This document shows, piece by piece, positions 55,201-64,000 of a stretch of DNA of 64,000 nucleotides. Source of the DNA: Lytechinus pictus (taxonomy: Eukaryota); contig NC_087251.1 of assembly GCF_037042905.1 (NCBI RefSeq), positions 41,418,001-41,482,000 on the forward strand, written 5' to 3'. The position numbers were made by a program, and so were the translations under genes. How positions within the stretch are numbered: position 1 is the stretch's first letter; every line of letters starts with the position of its first letter. Below the pieces are notes generated by a model, which worked only from the letters and a program-made list of their open reading frames with translations, made no database searches and was not told the origin of the DNA.

Positions 55201-57267
55201 ACTGTGTGAAGTGAAAGCGAAGAATACTTTTACGTTATTATTTGCATGACATCATTTTTTCCAGCAGTTTGAATAGAGTATGTTTTATTTGACATTTTGC
55301 GAAAGTGTTTTTGCAGAAACTTTTTTTCCAAACACCCCTTCCTTGTTTCATGTTTGTGTTTTGAAACATGTTTACTTTTACTTTTGACTAAAATGCAACT
55401 GTAATGATTTTAGGGTAAAAAAAGTGATGCATAAATGGACCTATACAGCCAAGAAATATTGTTAATCAAAATCTTTTTGATAATTTTGAAAGGATATGTT
55501 TTGATAGATCCATCCTAATATAGATAGATCCCTCTGTAAAAAACTCGGTTAGAGCATCTTATAGAAAAAAAGGGTATAGGAAATAGGATACTGACAGAGA
55601 AGGGGAAGAGAAGAGAAACAGCGATGAAAACATATCAAATGCTTGAATGAAATCATTGGACTGATAGGTGATGATCAAAAATAGGTGAAAAGTCTTGTTC
55701 ACTAATGTCAGGAACGGATGAGTAACCTTGTATAGAAGCAGTGGTGGTATAAGGTTAAATACATTGATAGATCGATGTTATACAAGAGCCTGGCGATACT
55801 GGTTTTATTTCTGACTTAAGAACAACCCATTCTTTTGCCTTTTTTTCTATGATCTCCTTCCTCTATGTCATATATTTTTTAGGGTGATTTAACATTTAAC
55901 AACTTAACAAATCACCATACACATATTATAATCTGTGTTATCTGTATTCTGCTGTTAACATGTATCATGTCCCCAAAAAAGCATACTTCAGTGTTCACTT
56001 TGGACATTTGCTTGACACACTGTTTATGAGAGTTTGAAAGAAGGAAAAGGGGAAAAAAGTGTAAGTCATTTTAATGATGGAGGGGGGGGGGGGGGGAGGT
56101 GTTCATATTATTAGCATTATTCCTGATTTGATTTTTTTATCACTAAATGACACTGTATAATTGTAGTTGGTCCTACACTGAAGGGGAGGGGAGCATTGGA
56201 AAAAAAAAATTGAGACTGGGGCTATTTTTGATGTTTCTGATTATTCTAAATGATCCTTTAAAATTGGACCCAATAGTAATTTACAGAAACCATTTTGGAT
56301 ATTTTGGGGCTAAAGTGCCCTCGGCCCCCATGTATTTCCTCCCTGCTTGGGAGTAGTATGAAATATGTGATGAAGAATAAAAACAAGCGTTGTTTTCAAT
56401 TCACAGAATTCACCAATGCTGTCCATGTATAGAGAGGAACACCGGTTGACAGAATGCAGGCAATACTCTGCGTATAACTTCCCTGTAAGTATGATGAGTA
56501 TGATATTAATCATATACTAGTACACCGCCTTTTGTATCTGTTTATTGGTGTAGATTCTTTGATATGATGCTACATCCAATCAGAATCAAGGATTTCATGT
56601 AAATTACCATAATTGTATACAACAGGGTCTTGTGATGCACTGAGTGCTCTTTTGATATATTTGACAAAAATGTAATTTCCTAATTGCCGTTCCTACTGTG
56701 TCCTGGTAGAAAATGTTGAGTAATTGAGGTTGTTTTTGTTGACTTTGTATATATTATTGCTGAATTTCTTAGTTCAAGATGTGGTTCTTTGGGTATGTTG
56801 TTACCTTCAAGATCTCTATATACCAGATCAGATCATATGTATGTCTTCATAATAATTATATTGATAATTTAATGCTAAAAATGATAATTAGATTGGCTAC
56901 TATAATGCATAGATCCATCTTTTCTTGTTCACGGCACTTCAAGAAAGTCCAAGTGCACATGAACAAATGACAGAATAGAACTAGATATTTTCCTGAACAT
57001 GATATAATCATTGAGCGAAGAACAAATAAGTTAACATTTATTAAGTTGGTATCTGAATTCTACTGTTGATGAAATGTTGATATTACTACTTGTTTTGATT
57101 TACATCTCTCTGATCCTTTAATAGTGTATGGTGCTATTTGCTGGTGCACGTAAGTTTAAAGCTGAACTTCATGGAACCTTTGCCAGTCTCTGTGATGATC
57201 CTCACCCTCAAGTCAGGGCTACTCTAGCCTGTGGTTTTCATGAAGTAAGTAATATGAATCAATATGA

Positions 57268-57352
<85 letters not shown>

Positions 57353-60300
57353 GGCCTACTGTGTGTCTAAGAAAACAAGGAAACCCAATAACAGAGATGA
57401 CTATCACAGGCATTGAATATGCTTTGATGGAAAATTTTTACCCTAATAGAGAGATGTGAGACCAAGTACTTAGTGAATCGTTCACACATGACAGATTACA
57501 TGCGTTAAACACTGAGGCATGTCAAAATAATTTGCACAGAAACACAATTCAATCTACTCTCATTCCGACATTAGTGACAGAAACTTACAATGTATACAAG
57601 GAAAATGCTAGCATCCCTTTTTTATGCCATGTCATTGAATTTACCTAACAAATCTTTCCCTAACTTTTTGTGCAACTTGGTTTTGACAAAATTTTAAACT
57701 GGCTGTGCTCATCAATGTGGGAGTCTTTCATATTGTATTTGGAATCAAAATAAAGAAGAAAAAAATCATAAATTTATGACGAAAATTTGAAAAAACATGA
57801 ATCACTTGCAAACGTGTGGAGCGCTGTGGCCCAGTGGATCAGTCTCCGAACTTTGAAACAGAGGGTCGTGGGTTCAAATCCCAGCCATGGCGTAATTTCC
57901 TTCGGCAAGAAATTTATCCACATTGTGCTGCACTCAACCCAGGTGAGGCGAATGGGTACCTAGCAGGAATTTATTCCTTGAAATGCGTGTGCGCTGTAAT
58001 CTTAGTAATTACGGCAGCCAAGCTACAGCTGGGGTAATAATATCCAAGTCCTTTGGAAGCGCATAGAGACATTATTCATAATTGTGATATGCGCTATACA
58101 AGAACTGTTTATTATTATTATTATTATTAAACGTTAGAAAAAATAAGCGGCAATTCTGGTTTCTCTTTTTTCTGGGAAGCACTGTATATCATCAGGGAAT
58201 AATTTTCTTGGTATCATGTTGCAGTTTGCTGTGCATTCTTGTTATGATTGCTACACAAAGTTTCTTTTATGTAAACAGCAGGTTTTGACATGGGACTGTA
58301 CACAATTTTGAATTTTTGTTCTCAATTCACCCAAACTGTTAATTAAATTTTGACAATCATAAATTTTCCTGGATATCATACATCCACGTATTAACCTTCA
58401 CACATTAGATCTAAATCAGCAATCAATCACATCTGTGGATGTTGCTTTTTATTAAAAGAATAGAAGCAAAGAGTTGGTTTGTATACTGGTATTGTCTTTG
58501 CTTCTTGTTTATGTTGCTTTATTATTATTTTGTAATGTAATTTGCAACTTGGAAGTCATTGAAACATATATCAACAAAAACTATGGTTTAACTTCTTTTT
58601 TATTCATGAATGTAAAAAAAAAGGCCTCCTGTATTGATGTATGTCAGTGAAGCTCAGTTAATCATTCTTTCTTATTGTAAATATACAAAAAAAAGGACGA
58701 GACCGGTATTTTTCTTTCAGGTTCGTCACTAATGCATCTTTCAATGGAGTATACTGTAATAGAAGATTTCTTCATATTCAATCCTGAAAAAGAAATTTAT
58801 TTTTGGTGTGTTTTATTTACAGGTTGCTCATCTCTTAGGAAACAATGTATCTTGTATTCATGGAGAGCTGGTTAGTCTACTCAAAGATGAAAATCTACAG
58901 GTATAGTAGTAGTATTATCAATCATGGGGGGGGGGGGGGGCATTGATGTACTTAATTCAAATTTGATGATAAAATCTACATCTTCACATCTATTCTAGGG
59001 AGAGAAAAGAGCAGTTGCACAGTTAAATATGTTTTAAGTTGCTTTATAACATTGTTACGATTTTCCCAGTTTTATTTATGAAATATTTTGCTGTTTTTTT
59101 TATTTCTTTTTATAGGTATTCTAATTTGTTTTTGCTTATGCAAATCTTCTTGCACAAGTCGTATTGTTTATATGTTGCTTTTAGAATATATGACACATCT
59201 TTTTTAAGTAACATGGATAAGCTTCTCCTTTAGCAATAAATGTATATTGGAGTATATTATTGAAGCCAAAACTCAGGGGCTCAGTTTTAAGGCGAGCGAG
59301 AGCGATTGCTTGCCTAAACGTAAACGATCGCTTAACAAGAGTGTCAGTCAATGATCAAACTGTTAGAACCAACCTTGAAAACTTCTCAATCAAGGTTTTA
59401 GAAATAACACACAATTACATTTTAGCAATAACACACATTGCAAGAATGACATTAAAAAGTTCATTAAGATCAATATTGCATATATCTGATTGTTTGTATC
59501 TTTTGGTTGTGGGTTCCTCCATTCATTTTGTGATTGGACAAAAGAACTCCCCTTGTATGTCCAAAAAGATCTTTTCGTAGTGCTCCTCTACCACTCTCCT
59601 TAAACGTTTTAGTAGACCTTTTTATTGCTCCCCTCATAATTATAAAACTGAGTCTCTGGACTTTAAAACTCTTCATATAAGTGTTCCCATGTATAAGATG
59701 AATATAATTTGTCTTACAAAGTGATCTACCGTGAACCCTCTACATTGATTAATTCTATGCCTTTGAAACCTTCAAAAGTTATTTCATAATTTGCTGTTTT
59801 CAGGTTTTACAGGGTATTACATCTCACCTCCCTGAGACTTTGGTAACATTCTCTAAAGGAGCACTAAGCAGTAGTGGTCATCATCTCGATAATAAGGTAA
59901 GAGAAAGACTTCCTTTTCATTGCAATGTTAGTAATTGTAATAAGAAATGATGTTGTTAAAGCTTTACACAGCCTTAGAAACTCCCCCACTCATATTATAA
60001 TGTTAAGATGATTTATATTGCTCTGCAGTGGGCCTATATAAATCTTTACTATTGTAAACTAAATTAATCTCCAATATATTTTTTTATCAAACCTTAAAAA
60101 AATACTATTCAAGTAGTATTTCATGAAAGATGTATGTTATGATAATTGTAGATAAATTTTGTATGACAATGCATTTAATTTTTTTTCTCTATATGAACTA
60201 AAACTGCATGTATATTGTCAGAGTGTTTTGTTAAATTTTGAAAGCAGGTCACAAAATAACAGCAAATGATTACCGGTAATGTGCATTATATCTCCCCATC

Positions 60301-63300
60301 CTATCCTCTCTTTATATGAGGTTATGTAGTCTAGGGTGCTGTTACATAAAGCTTTGCAATTGATCATATGACTTATTTCTACAATTGATTGCATTTATTA
60401 ATCCCCATGATCAATCATAAAAACCAGCCCATTATCAATTACTTAGCTTTAAAGTTACAGGGCCTTGTTATTTATGTATAAGGATGTTAAATGGAGGCCC
60501 CGTGTAGAGGAGAGTCACCACCTTTGCACGTTAAGAACCCACTGCACTATTCGTATAAGAGTAGGGGGAACCCCCAGTGTAGTGGTCCACCTGCACCCCC
60601 CCCCCAATCAGTTATATCGGGAGGAGAGACCTGTGAGTCATAGTGATTCAGTTCGCTTTTTGCCTCCCAGGCAAAGGTGACACCAAAACAAATAATAATA
60701 CAGATGTGTTTGGAATATTGAGCATTCCTATTCCTATGTGACTATCCTGCTACTTTTCTCACCTTCTTTTAGATGGTAACGATAGGTCTCTTTTCCTATC
60801 GCAGGGTAAGATATATGGTTATACAATACATGTATGTAGTGATTAGCATGGTAGATGTAGTATGCATTTTAATAGAACAAGCAGCATTCCATACTCCTGC
60901 TTCATTTTCTATTGCAAACCGGGAATGGTATGTCTTGAGGTGTTTTATTTCCCAGTGTAATAAGTGTACATGGGATATGCTGAAAGCAGTTGCATTATAA
61001 TGAATGTAGACAGGGCTGCACGTTTTATTTACAGGCTAAGAATCATATGAGAGGGAAGCAGCTATGAAGCAGGAAATTTAAAGAGAGAGATAGAAAAGTT
61101 GGTTATCTTTGTATGAATTCAACTTGAGAGCACTGTAACTTTTGGCTGCCATTAATTGGGGCTTCCAAAGAAGGAGAAAAATCAATTCCAATCGAGATAC
61201 AGATTTGATGCTACACCAGTCCATAAATTATCCTTTGTTAGACATAACTGAAGTCCTCGGGTAGAAACTCGGGTAGAAAAACCAGCACCCAAACTAAATC
61301 GTTCTGTACTCCAATCAAAGAGAAAGAAAGGAAAAAAACTCTTCATGCAATTGTTTGAGGGTATCTGTCTCAAGCAGTACCATTTCACCTTGTTGGTGCG
61401 TAATTTGTGAGATCATCACATCTGAGATGTAATTTTTATTGGATAATTTGCATCCACATTGATGCCTCATTTCTTCATGAGCAGTAATGGACTAATGGTG
61501 TTTTGCAGGCTACATATCATGCATACATGTTGCAGCTGTCATTGACGTTTATCTGAGCAGGTCCATTTTCTTCCTTTCATAGTATAGCCTGTTAAGTTTG
61601 GTGAAGATCCCCTAAAAGTGATTGTCTTTTTTCATTTCATTATTGTCTTGTTTTAAGGTTTATACCCAAAAATTGATATTTTTAATTAAAAAAAACCATG
61701 ATGATGTGACATTAAAAAAAACATGCTTTAGTGGTTGTATTTTACTTCTTACTGGAACATTTATTTTGATTGGTTGCCTGATCAATATCTGCATATTTTT
61801 TTTGTTGATATTAAACCATTTCTTAAGTTTGTAATTTGCTGAGAATTTTGAGATATGATCCGTGTTTAGAATGGTGAGATTGTTCAAATCTGTGTAAGAT
61901 GTAATCGTGATAGTGATAATCATTTCAACATTTCTTTAATTAGTTTTGACCCATTTATTAGATTCATATCATCCTCATCTGCAACTCTTGCAGTTCGATA
62001 TAACACAGGCAATGTATACCACAACTTATTTTTCAAATATGTTATTTCCTTTAATCTTCATGTCATCAAAATACTATTTTAGTATAGATTATATTTAGGA
62101 GGTTTTGGTAAAGATTAGTGACTTTTATAATCTTGAAACTGAAACATTTACAGACCTTAAGAAAACTAAGATTTAAATTGTTTTGATGATGATTATATTC
62201 AACATATTGAAAGATGCAATTATTTAACTGTATGAAATATGAATATTGCAAGTATTTGTATGCCTCGATTAACCCAGTGATAATGTTAATTTCATAATGA
62301 GATTATCTGCAGTGTCTTTTGAAACATTTCTTTTATGTGTGTATAAGTAATTGTGAAATTGTAAAATATTCATATTCAGTTTATTTTCATTTCAGTTGCC
62401 CCTCTTTTGAATGTGATATTTCAGTCTTGCCTCAGCTTTGTTATTGAACTGCAGACCTATTGACCCAAATTCACAAAAGTTTTGGATCTGTAGTTTTGAA
62501 ACAATTTAATGCATTTATTACTCTTAAAGCACATATTTGAGGGAGCGTCCAACGCTTTTATCACAGTGAGCTAAGTACATGTAAATGCAGTAGAGAGTAT
62601 CCTTGGTGACAGGGTGATTTTAATGCAAAAGCGTTCATTCATTGACTCATTATTAGACGCTCCCTCAATATTCTTGCATAAACCATGATTTTAAACCACA
62701 AATTCCAAACCATCTCTGTGAGTTTTGCCTATTGTGATAGAAAAATGCTGGATTAGTAGAGTATTTGCAACAGCAACATGAAAATGTACTAGTAATTTAA
62801 TGATAAATTATTAGCAATTTGTTGATGCCTATTACAAAAAATTATGATTTGAAATTCAAAGTGAATTTACCAAATTTTACATGGTAGATATATGGATATT
62901 TAAGTTATTGCCTGCTGCATTTTGATTCGTGTTATTTTCTTGATGCTACCAGGTATATGGTGTTGGTGATTTGATACCAGCCATCTTGGCTGCAGAGAGT
63001 AGAGCATCTAACTCAAGGAATTGGAGACTCCATGTTGATATTCTAGAGAAACTCGCCTGTCTTCCTAAGTGCTTAACCAGTGATCAGATCCATTCCAAGT
63101 TTATTCCTCTTTTCTTCAAGCATGTCACTTCTCATGTGAGTTTCTAAATAGAAGAACGAAAACAAGCTTCAAATTATTATAAGAAGTGGTTTAATTGAGG
63201 TTAAAATTGTATTTATGAGGATTTTCATATCAGTCATGTCCTCAAGAATGTTGAAAGTTTGCTCTTTTTTTAAATTCATATAAAGTGTATTTTGGTTGTC

Positions 63301-63970
63301 TTTATTGACTGATTTATCTTTTTTTTTTGGGGGGGGGCATGGTAGTGAAATATTGAAGTAAGTATGTTGTGTTGTTATTGCAGGTCATTCTTTTACTCTT
63401 TCAATTGTTTGTTTAAAATTGGCTCACCATAAGTTCAGTCCTTTTTATTGCAAGTAGCAACTTTACAGATTTGATTAGTATGAATTACACTTCATAAGTA
63501 TATCCTTCCCACCTGCACAAAATTCACAAATATGAAACATGATTATAAAAATCATTTTATACATTTGACATTAAACCCAGATTGATATCAGGCACAACAG
63601 TTCCTGTTTGTTTTTGTTTTTTACTTCCTTAGATTTGATTTATTGATTTCCGTTTTACAATTGTACATAATATGATAAACATAACATAACAAGGTCAAAA
63701 ATACTACAAGACATAATATAATATATATATATAACATAATCATAGATTTAAGGAAGACTTGCATGAATATTGGGACGATATCTTTTCATTGAATATTAGT
63801 CTATTTATTTTTTCGATTATATGAAAATAATGAATCTTGAATGTGTGCTTTGTTTTGATTTCAGAGAGCTTTGCCAATTCAGCATGCAGCAGCTAGGACG
63901 TTGTGTGTTCTAATGAGAAACTGTAGGAAGTTAGATCATAGACAAGACATGGTAGCTAAACTCATCCATG
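13157..63970 (+). CDS. PPP4R4: PPP4R4 ortholog (serine/threonine-protein phosphatase 4 regulatory subunit 4), multi-exon, 3'-incomplete in this window
   Basis: 16 exons joined by GT-AG introns give one open frame of 568 codons. Motifs recalled from vertebrate PPP4R4 appear in order: LKTAEEIESLTVDE, SGQEVQRLSV, KGQLAQSVQSRLASC, IKKEILPLVTSLCQDVDYEVRACMCKQL, AYNFP, DLIPAILAAE, ALPIQHAAARTLC. Confidence 0.95.
14777..14850 (+). CDS. PPP4R4: PPP4R4 exon 2 (TAEEIESLTVDEHLGDIDRAVFLLS)
   Basis: ttttctctgacag acceptor, GTAAGT donor, 74 nt, ends in phase 2. Confidence 0.93.
15851..16099. mobile_element. MITE (related copy at about 25120-25376)
   Basis: GGGCCTGTCTTACAAA...TTTGTAAGATGCGGCCC termini; internal similarity to the 25.1-25.4 kb copy in inverse orientation. 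Confidence 0.7.
16252..16668 (-). mobile_element. hAT-like MITE
   Basis: CAGGGTGCTACATAA...TTATGTAGCACCCTG; close inverted copy at 36461-36872; repeated CTTGCCC/GGGCAAG motifs. Confidence 0.85.
16931..17683. mobile_element. hAT-like MITE with CAATTA repeats containing two internal hairpins
   Basis: CAGGGTTGGGCTCAATTA...TAATTGAGCCCAACCGTG; 8-bp TSD gcaataat/gcaatgat. Confidence 0.8.
19469..19695. mobile_element. Poly-G hAT-like MITE
   Basis: CAGGGACGGATCC...GGATCCACGCCTG; perfect 8-bp TSD ATTAAAGG. Confidence 0.85.
19761..19830 (+). repeat. 70-bp target-site duplication, left copy
   Basis: atgatttatgtc...ttgccctaat identical to 23309-23378. Confidence 0.92.
19831..23308 (-). mobile_element. 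Apparently full-length Rex1/Babar-type non-LTR retrotransposon (about 3.48 kb) in PPP4R4 intron 2
   Basis: Single APE-RT ORF, about 108-nt 5' leader, 3' end with GGACAATAAA and short ACCTT repeats, bounded by an exact 70-bp direct repeat. Confidence 0.92.
20456..23200 (-). CDS. LINE polyprotein: APE endonuclease, reverse transcriptase and C-terminal DUF1891-like region; frameshifted near the C-terminus (reading continues to a stop at 20266)
   Basis: NVRSL, FTETWL, GGG, LRPFYLPREF, GDFN and SDH endonuclease motifs; DFSSAFNT, GSPQG and KYADD RT motifs; KAIQRMYFIRKL...FYRSLIESIL segment typical of Rex1/Babar. Confidence 0.93.
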   Translation of the reverse strand: MFVKSISCIWVCFVLLFVIVLPQNSHVYASPGQTTTIKYSREYLYYLADYTTSKSSPLNLPEWTPTREDDNGIPQQKRRGKRGGIRNRIRKRGNRPPLPAITLSNVRSLYNKLDEIQALTSYINDFRNSSIICFTETWLNPDINDDCIRIDGFNVARLDRSFQQTKKRRGGGICLYVNDRWCTNFTIKNSICNENLEMLCVSLRPFYLPREFPQVHLFLVYIAPDANQNEAEQLIQNKVREMEAESRDSPKIVLGDFNHCRLEAMLPNYCQVIDKPTREGNILDRCYCSVKDSYKTVIRPGIGLSDHNVIHLLPKYRQKLKTQKVQKRVVQVWNNETIDNLKTCFQITDWNVFFEASDDINEITSAVNDYIVFCQDLHIQSKTIKVYPNSKPWITKDIKGIIKARKEAFDAGDRLTVKSFHARLRQEINRAKRDYRRKLENHFQNNNPRAAWQCLQSMTDYVPKRDQSLANVDDPFKIANELNRFYGRFDTHNFSDIIDGQIAELTDSRDDTVKIKERDVLVQFNRINPRKASGPDLITGKVLRNCSRELALPFCVLFQMSLDKQVIPLCWKSSIVIPVAKKPRPSEHNDYRPVALTSIAMKCLERIILKYILQPIKHLVDPHQYAYQPKKSVQDAILYLTHILCKHTDEKKSYARTLFVDFSSAFNTIQPHRLVEKLKCLDVKPSLILWLTDFLRNRIQRVRVQDALSDPIVTNTGSPQGCVLSAILFVLYTNDCRYLSQNVSILKYADDTVIVGLIKECELEYLNCVKWFTDWCNDNFLDLNATKTREMIFDFRNNKQVEPSDCRVRINEEEIEIVHKFKYLGTIIDDGLKWGEQCNSIYKKAIQRMYFIRKLKSFHVDRTIMVLFYRSLIESILIFDCVVWFTSCRKKDLNILSRMVRQAEKNNWTRPKPH
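23309..23378 (+). repeat. 70-bp target-site duplication, right copy
   Basis: Identical to 19761-19830. Confidence 0.92.
24515..24702. mobile_element. Palindromic MITE
   Basis: GTTTCATAAAGCTGTTCGTAAGTTAAGAGCGAC arm inverted at the right end; sister copy at about 27997-28186. Confidence 0.8.
25766..25868 (+). CDS. PPP4R4: PPP4R4 exon 3 (SGQEVQRLSVIQNLPNLLKNNNVDAMRRVVPKVR)
   Basis: ttacag acceptor, GTAAGT donor, 103 nt. Confidence 0.93.
26643..26790 (+). CDS. PPP4R4: PPP4R4 exon 4 (DVLHLASQDLQEAAAAAF...QNADNRDP)
   Basis: cctttgtag acceptor, GTCAGT donor, 148 nt. Confidence 0.92.
27627..27700 (+). CDS. PPP4R4: PPP4R4 exon 5 (DISDSWLEVLLNVITHLPKDVLKKD)
   Basis: tttgtag acceptor, GTAAGA donor, 74 nt. 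Confidence 0.92.
27997..28186. mobile_element. Palindromic MITE, same family as 24515-24702
   Basis: Same inverted arms. Confidence 0.78.
28520..28755 (+). mobile_element. tRNA-derived SINE (second family) within a degenerate Kolobok-like relic
   Basis: GCTCAGTTGGTAGAGC A box and GAGTTCAAACC B box; flanks at about 28290-28950 resemble the 30052-30651 element. Confidence 0.65.
30052..30651 (+). mobile_element. Kolobok-like non-autonomous DNA transposon
   Basis: TTAAGGACAAGTCCACCCCA...TGGGGTGGACTTGACCT|TTAA; sister copies at 53295-53896 and a 5' fragment at about 12252-12303. Confidence 0.87.
30751..30857 (+). CDS. PPP4R4: PPP4R4 exon 6 (ILPVALSKGQLAQSVQSRLASCRLLGKIATRFDTFM)
   Basis: ctctctgtag acceptor, GTGAGT donor, 107 nt. 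Confidence 0.94.
30891..31365. mobile_element. Harbinger-like MITE just downstream of exon 6
   Basis: GGTGGTTTTAGACCGCCTCGA...TCGAGGCGGTTTGAAACCACC TIRs; CpG-rich interior. Confidence 0.75.
32139..32601. mobile_element. Harbinger-like MITE
   Basis: GAGGCTGTTCTCACT...AGTGAGAACAGCCTC TIRs; internal AAACTAGTTT palindromes. Confidence 0.8.
36461..36872 (+). mobile_element. hAT-like MITE, same family as 16252-16668
   Basis: Same TIRs and internal sequence; explains the near-identical spurious ORFs at 16376 and 36549. Confidence 0.85.
37851..37958 (+). CDS. PPP4R4: PPP4R4 exon 7 (IKKEILPLVTSLCQDVDYEVRACMCKQLDSVARGLG)
   Basis: tcttccag acceptor, GG|GTAAGT donor, 108 nt; its 3' half is the first unit of the tandem array. 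Confidence 0.95.
37900..39181 (+). repeat. Minisatellite, 16 copies of an 82-bp unit derived from exon 7 and its 5' splice site
   Basis: Unit starts at 37900, 37979, 38066, then every 82 bp from 38148 to 38968, then 39043 and 39116. Confidence 0.97.
39659..39780 (+). CDS. PPP4R4: PPP4R4 exon 8 (LEPTRSAILPELVELGKDEESCVRLAALETIVSLLSLLDD)
   Basis: Pyrimidine tract plus AAG acceptor, GTGAGT donor, 122 nt. Confidence 0.92.
42138..44287 (+). mobile_element. Non-autonomous Helentron/DINE-1-like rolling-circle element (HINE)
   Basis: 17-bp subterminal inverted repeat at 42141-42157 and 44244-44260, adjacent 5' inverted copy at 42162-42176, 3' hairpin AATTCGTC-cgcat-GACGAATT, CTAG end in T-rich flanks. 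Confidence 0.7.
44288..44432. repeat. Compound (TTTA)n/(TTCA)n/(TTCG)n microsatellite
   Basis: Directly visible, abutting the 3' end of the HINE-like element. Confidence 0.9.
48683..48805 (+). CDS. PPP4R4: PPP4R4 exon 9 (DTCTQTIIPLVRKFCENAM...GRLCHGLS)
   Basis: cattttag acceptor, GTGAGA donor, 123 nt. Confidence 0.93.
48841..49435 (+). mobile_element. Kolobok-like non-autonomous DNA transposon, 35 nt into intron 9
   Basis: TTAA|AGGGGAATCCA...TGGATTCCCCT|TTAA. Confidence 0.87.
49440..49898. mobile_element. MITE abutting the Kolobok-like element
   Basis: GGGGGTTTCTAACTGAGCAG...CTGCTCAGTGAGATACCCCC imperfect TIRs; repeated TTGCAA motifs. Confidence 0.65.
50120..50217 (+). CDS. PPP4R4: PPP4R4 exon 10 (VNLTEELKLWFMKYYYKLCSLGLNEKSISNDRL)
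   Basis: tgtag acceptor, GTGAGT donor, 98 nt; resembles the vertebrate FYKKLCTLGL segment. Confidence 0.9.
51514..51549 (+). CDS. Candidate 36-nt cassette micro-exon of PPP4R4 (EQSGASSNSSTK)
   Basis: ttttgcttag acceptor, AAG|GTGACT donor, phase 0-0, no stop; no homology support. Confidence 0.45.
52067..52868. mobile_element. TA-flanked Tc1/mariner-superfamily-like non-autonomous element
   Basis: TA|GGGGAAGGCGGGGTAAGTTG...CAACTTACCCCGCCTTCCCC|TA; repeated GGGGYAAGTTG binding-site-like motifs. Confidence 0.82.
53295..53896 (+). mobile_element. Kolobok-like non-autonomous DNA transposon
   Basis: TTAA|AGGACAAGTCCACC...GGTGGACTTGACCT|TTAA. Confidence 0.87.
56407..56484 (+). CDS. PPP4R4: PPP4R4 exon 11 (NSPMLSMYREEHRLTECRQYSAYNFP)
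   Basis: ttcacag acceptor, GTAAGT donor, 78 nt; AYNFP motif. Confidence 0.9.
57125..57244 (+). CDS. PPP4R4: PPP4R4 exon 12 (CMVLFAGARKFKAELHGTFASLCDDPHPQVRATLACGFHE)
   Basis: tag acceptor, GTAAGT donor, 120 nt. Confidence 0.93.
57268..57352. repeat. (TA)n microsatellite
   Basis: About 40 TA units starting roughly 24 nt after the exon 12 donor. Confidence 0.95.
57816..58128 (+). mobile_element. Full-length tRNA-derived SINE
   Basis: A box TGGCCCAGTGG, B box GGTTCAAATCC, CAACCCAGGTG...ATGGGTACC core, (ATT)n tail, AAACGT duplicated on both flanks. Confidence 0.9.
58823..58900 (+). CDS. PPP4R4: PPP4R4 exon 13 (VAHLLGNNVSCIHGELVSLLKDENLQ)
   Basis: tttacag acceptor, CAG|GTATAG donor, 78 nt. Confidence 0.92.
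59804..59896 (+). CDS. PPP4R4: PPP4R4 exon 14 (VLQGITSHLPETLVTFSKGALSSSGHHLDNK)
   Basis: ttttcag acceptor, GTAAGA donor, 93 nt. Confidence 0.92.
60480..60700 (+). mobile_element. 3' fragment of a Deu-domain-like SINE
   Basis: GTTAAATGGAGGCCCC...TTAAGAACCCACTGCACTATTCGTATAAGAGTAGGGG resembles the DeuSINE central domain as recalled; AAT-rich tail. Confidence 0.55.
60773..60805 (+). CDS. Candidate 33-nt cassette micro-exon of PPP4R4 (MVTIGLFSYRR)
   Basis: Long pyrimidine tract (tacttttctcaccttcttttag), AGG|GTAAGA donor, phase 0-0, no stop. Confidence 0.5.
62953..63135 (+). CDS. PPP4R4: PPP4R4 exon 15 (VYGVGDLIPAILAAESRAS...FFKHVTSH)
   Basis: ccag acceptor, GTGAGT donor, 183 nt. Confidence 0.93.
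63865..63970 (+). CDS. PPP4R4: PPP4R4 exon 16 (RALPIQHAAARTLCVLMRNCRKLDHRQDMVAKLIH)
   Basis: tttcag acceptor, GTAAGT donor, 106 nt. Confidence 0.93.
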
Positions 63971-64000
63971 GTAAGTCACTTACTCAAATATAATGCTCGA

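Noticed and set aside
61182..61420. Lysine-rich exon-like stretch in intron 14
   Set aside because: Plausible acceptors lead to stops, and no frame-compatible donor fits PPP4R4.

Overview
Eukaryotic (animal) genomic DNA, AT-rich and repeat-dense; the repeat repertoire suggests a marine invertebrate deuterostome such as a sea urchin (inference). Bases 1-13.1 kb are intergenic and full of MITEs and SINEs. From 13157 to the window end runs the 5' part of a plus-strand spliced gene recognisable as PPP4R4 (HEAT-repeat regulatory subunit 4 of protein phosphatase 4): 16 phase-consistent GT-AG coding exons (1705 nt, 568 codons, continuing past the window) plus two candidate in-frame micro-exons. Intron 2 holds a young, apparently full-length single-ORF Rex1/Babar-type LINE on the minus strand. 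Introns also carry TTAA-flanked Kolobok-like, hAT-like, Harbinger-like and Tc1/mariner-like MITEs, tRNA-derived SINEs and a 2.15 kb Helentron/DINE-like element. Most notable signals: (1) a 16-copy 82-bp array made of the 3' half of exon 7 plus its splice donor; (2) strong enrichment of TA-NNNN-TA palindromes that look like transposon excision scars, with paired-copy evidence; (3) the LINE's exact 70-bp target duplication and signal-peptide-like N-terminus. Coordinates and counts were read by eye; no searches were run.
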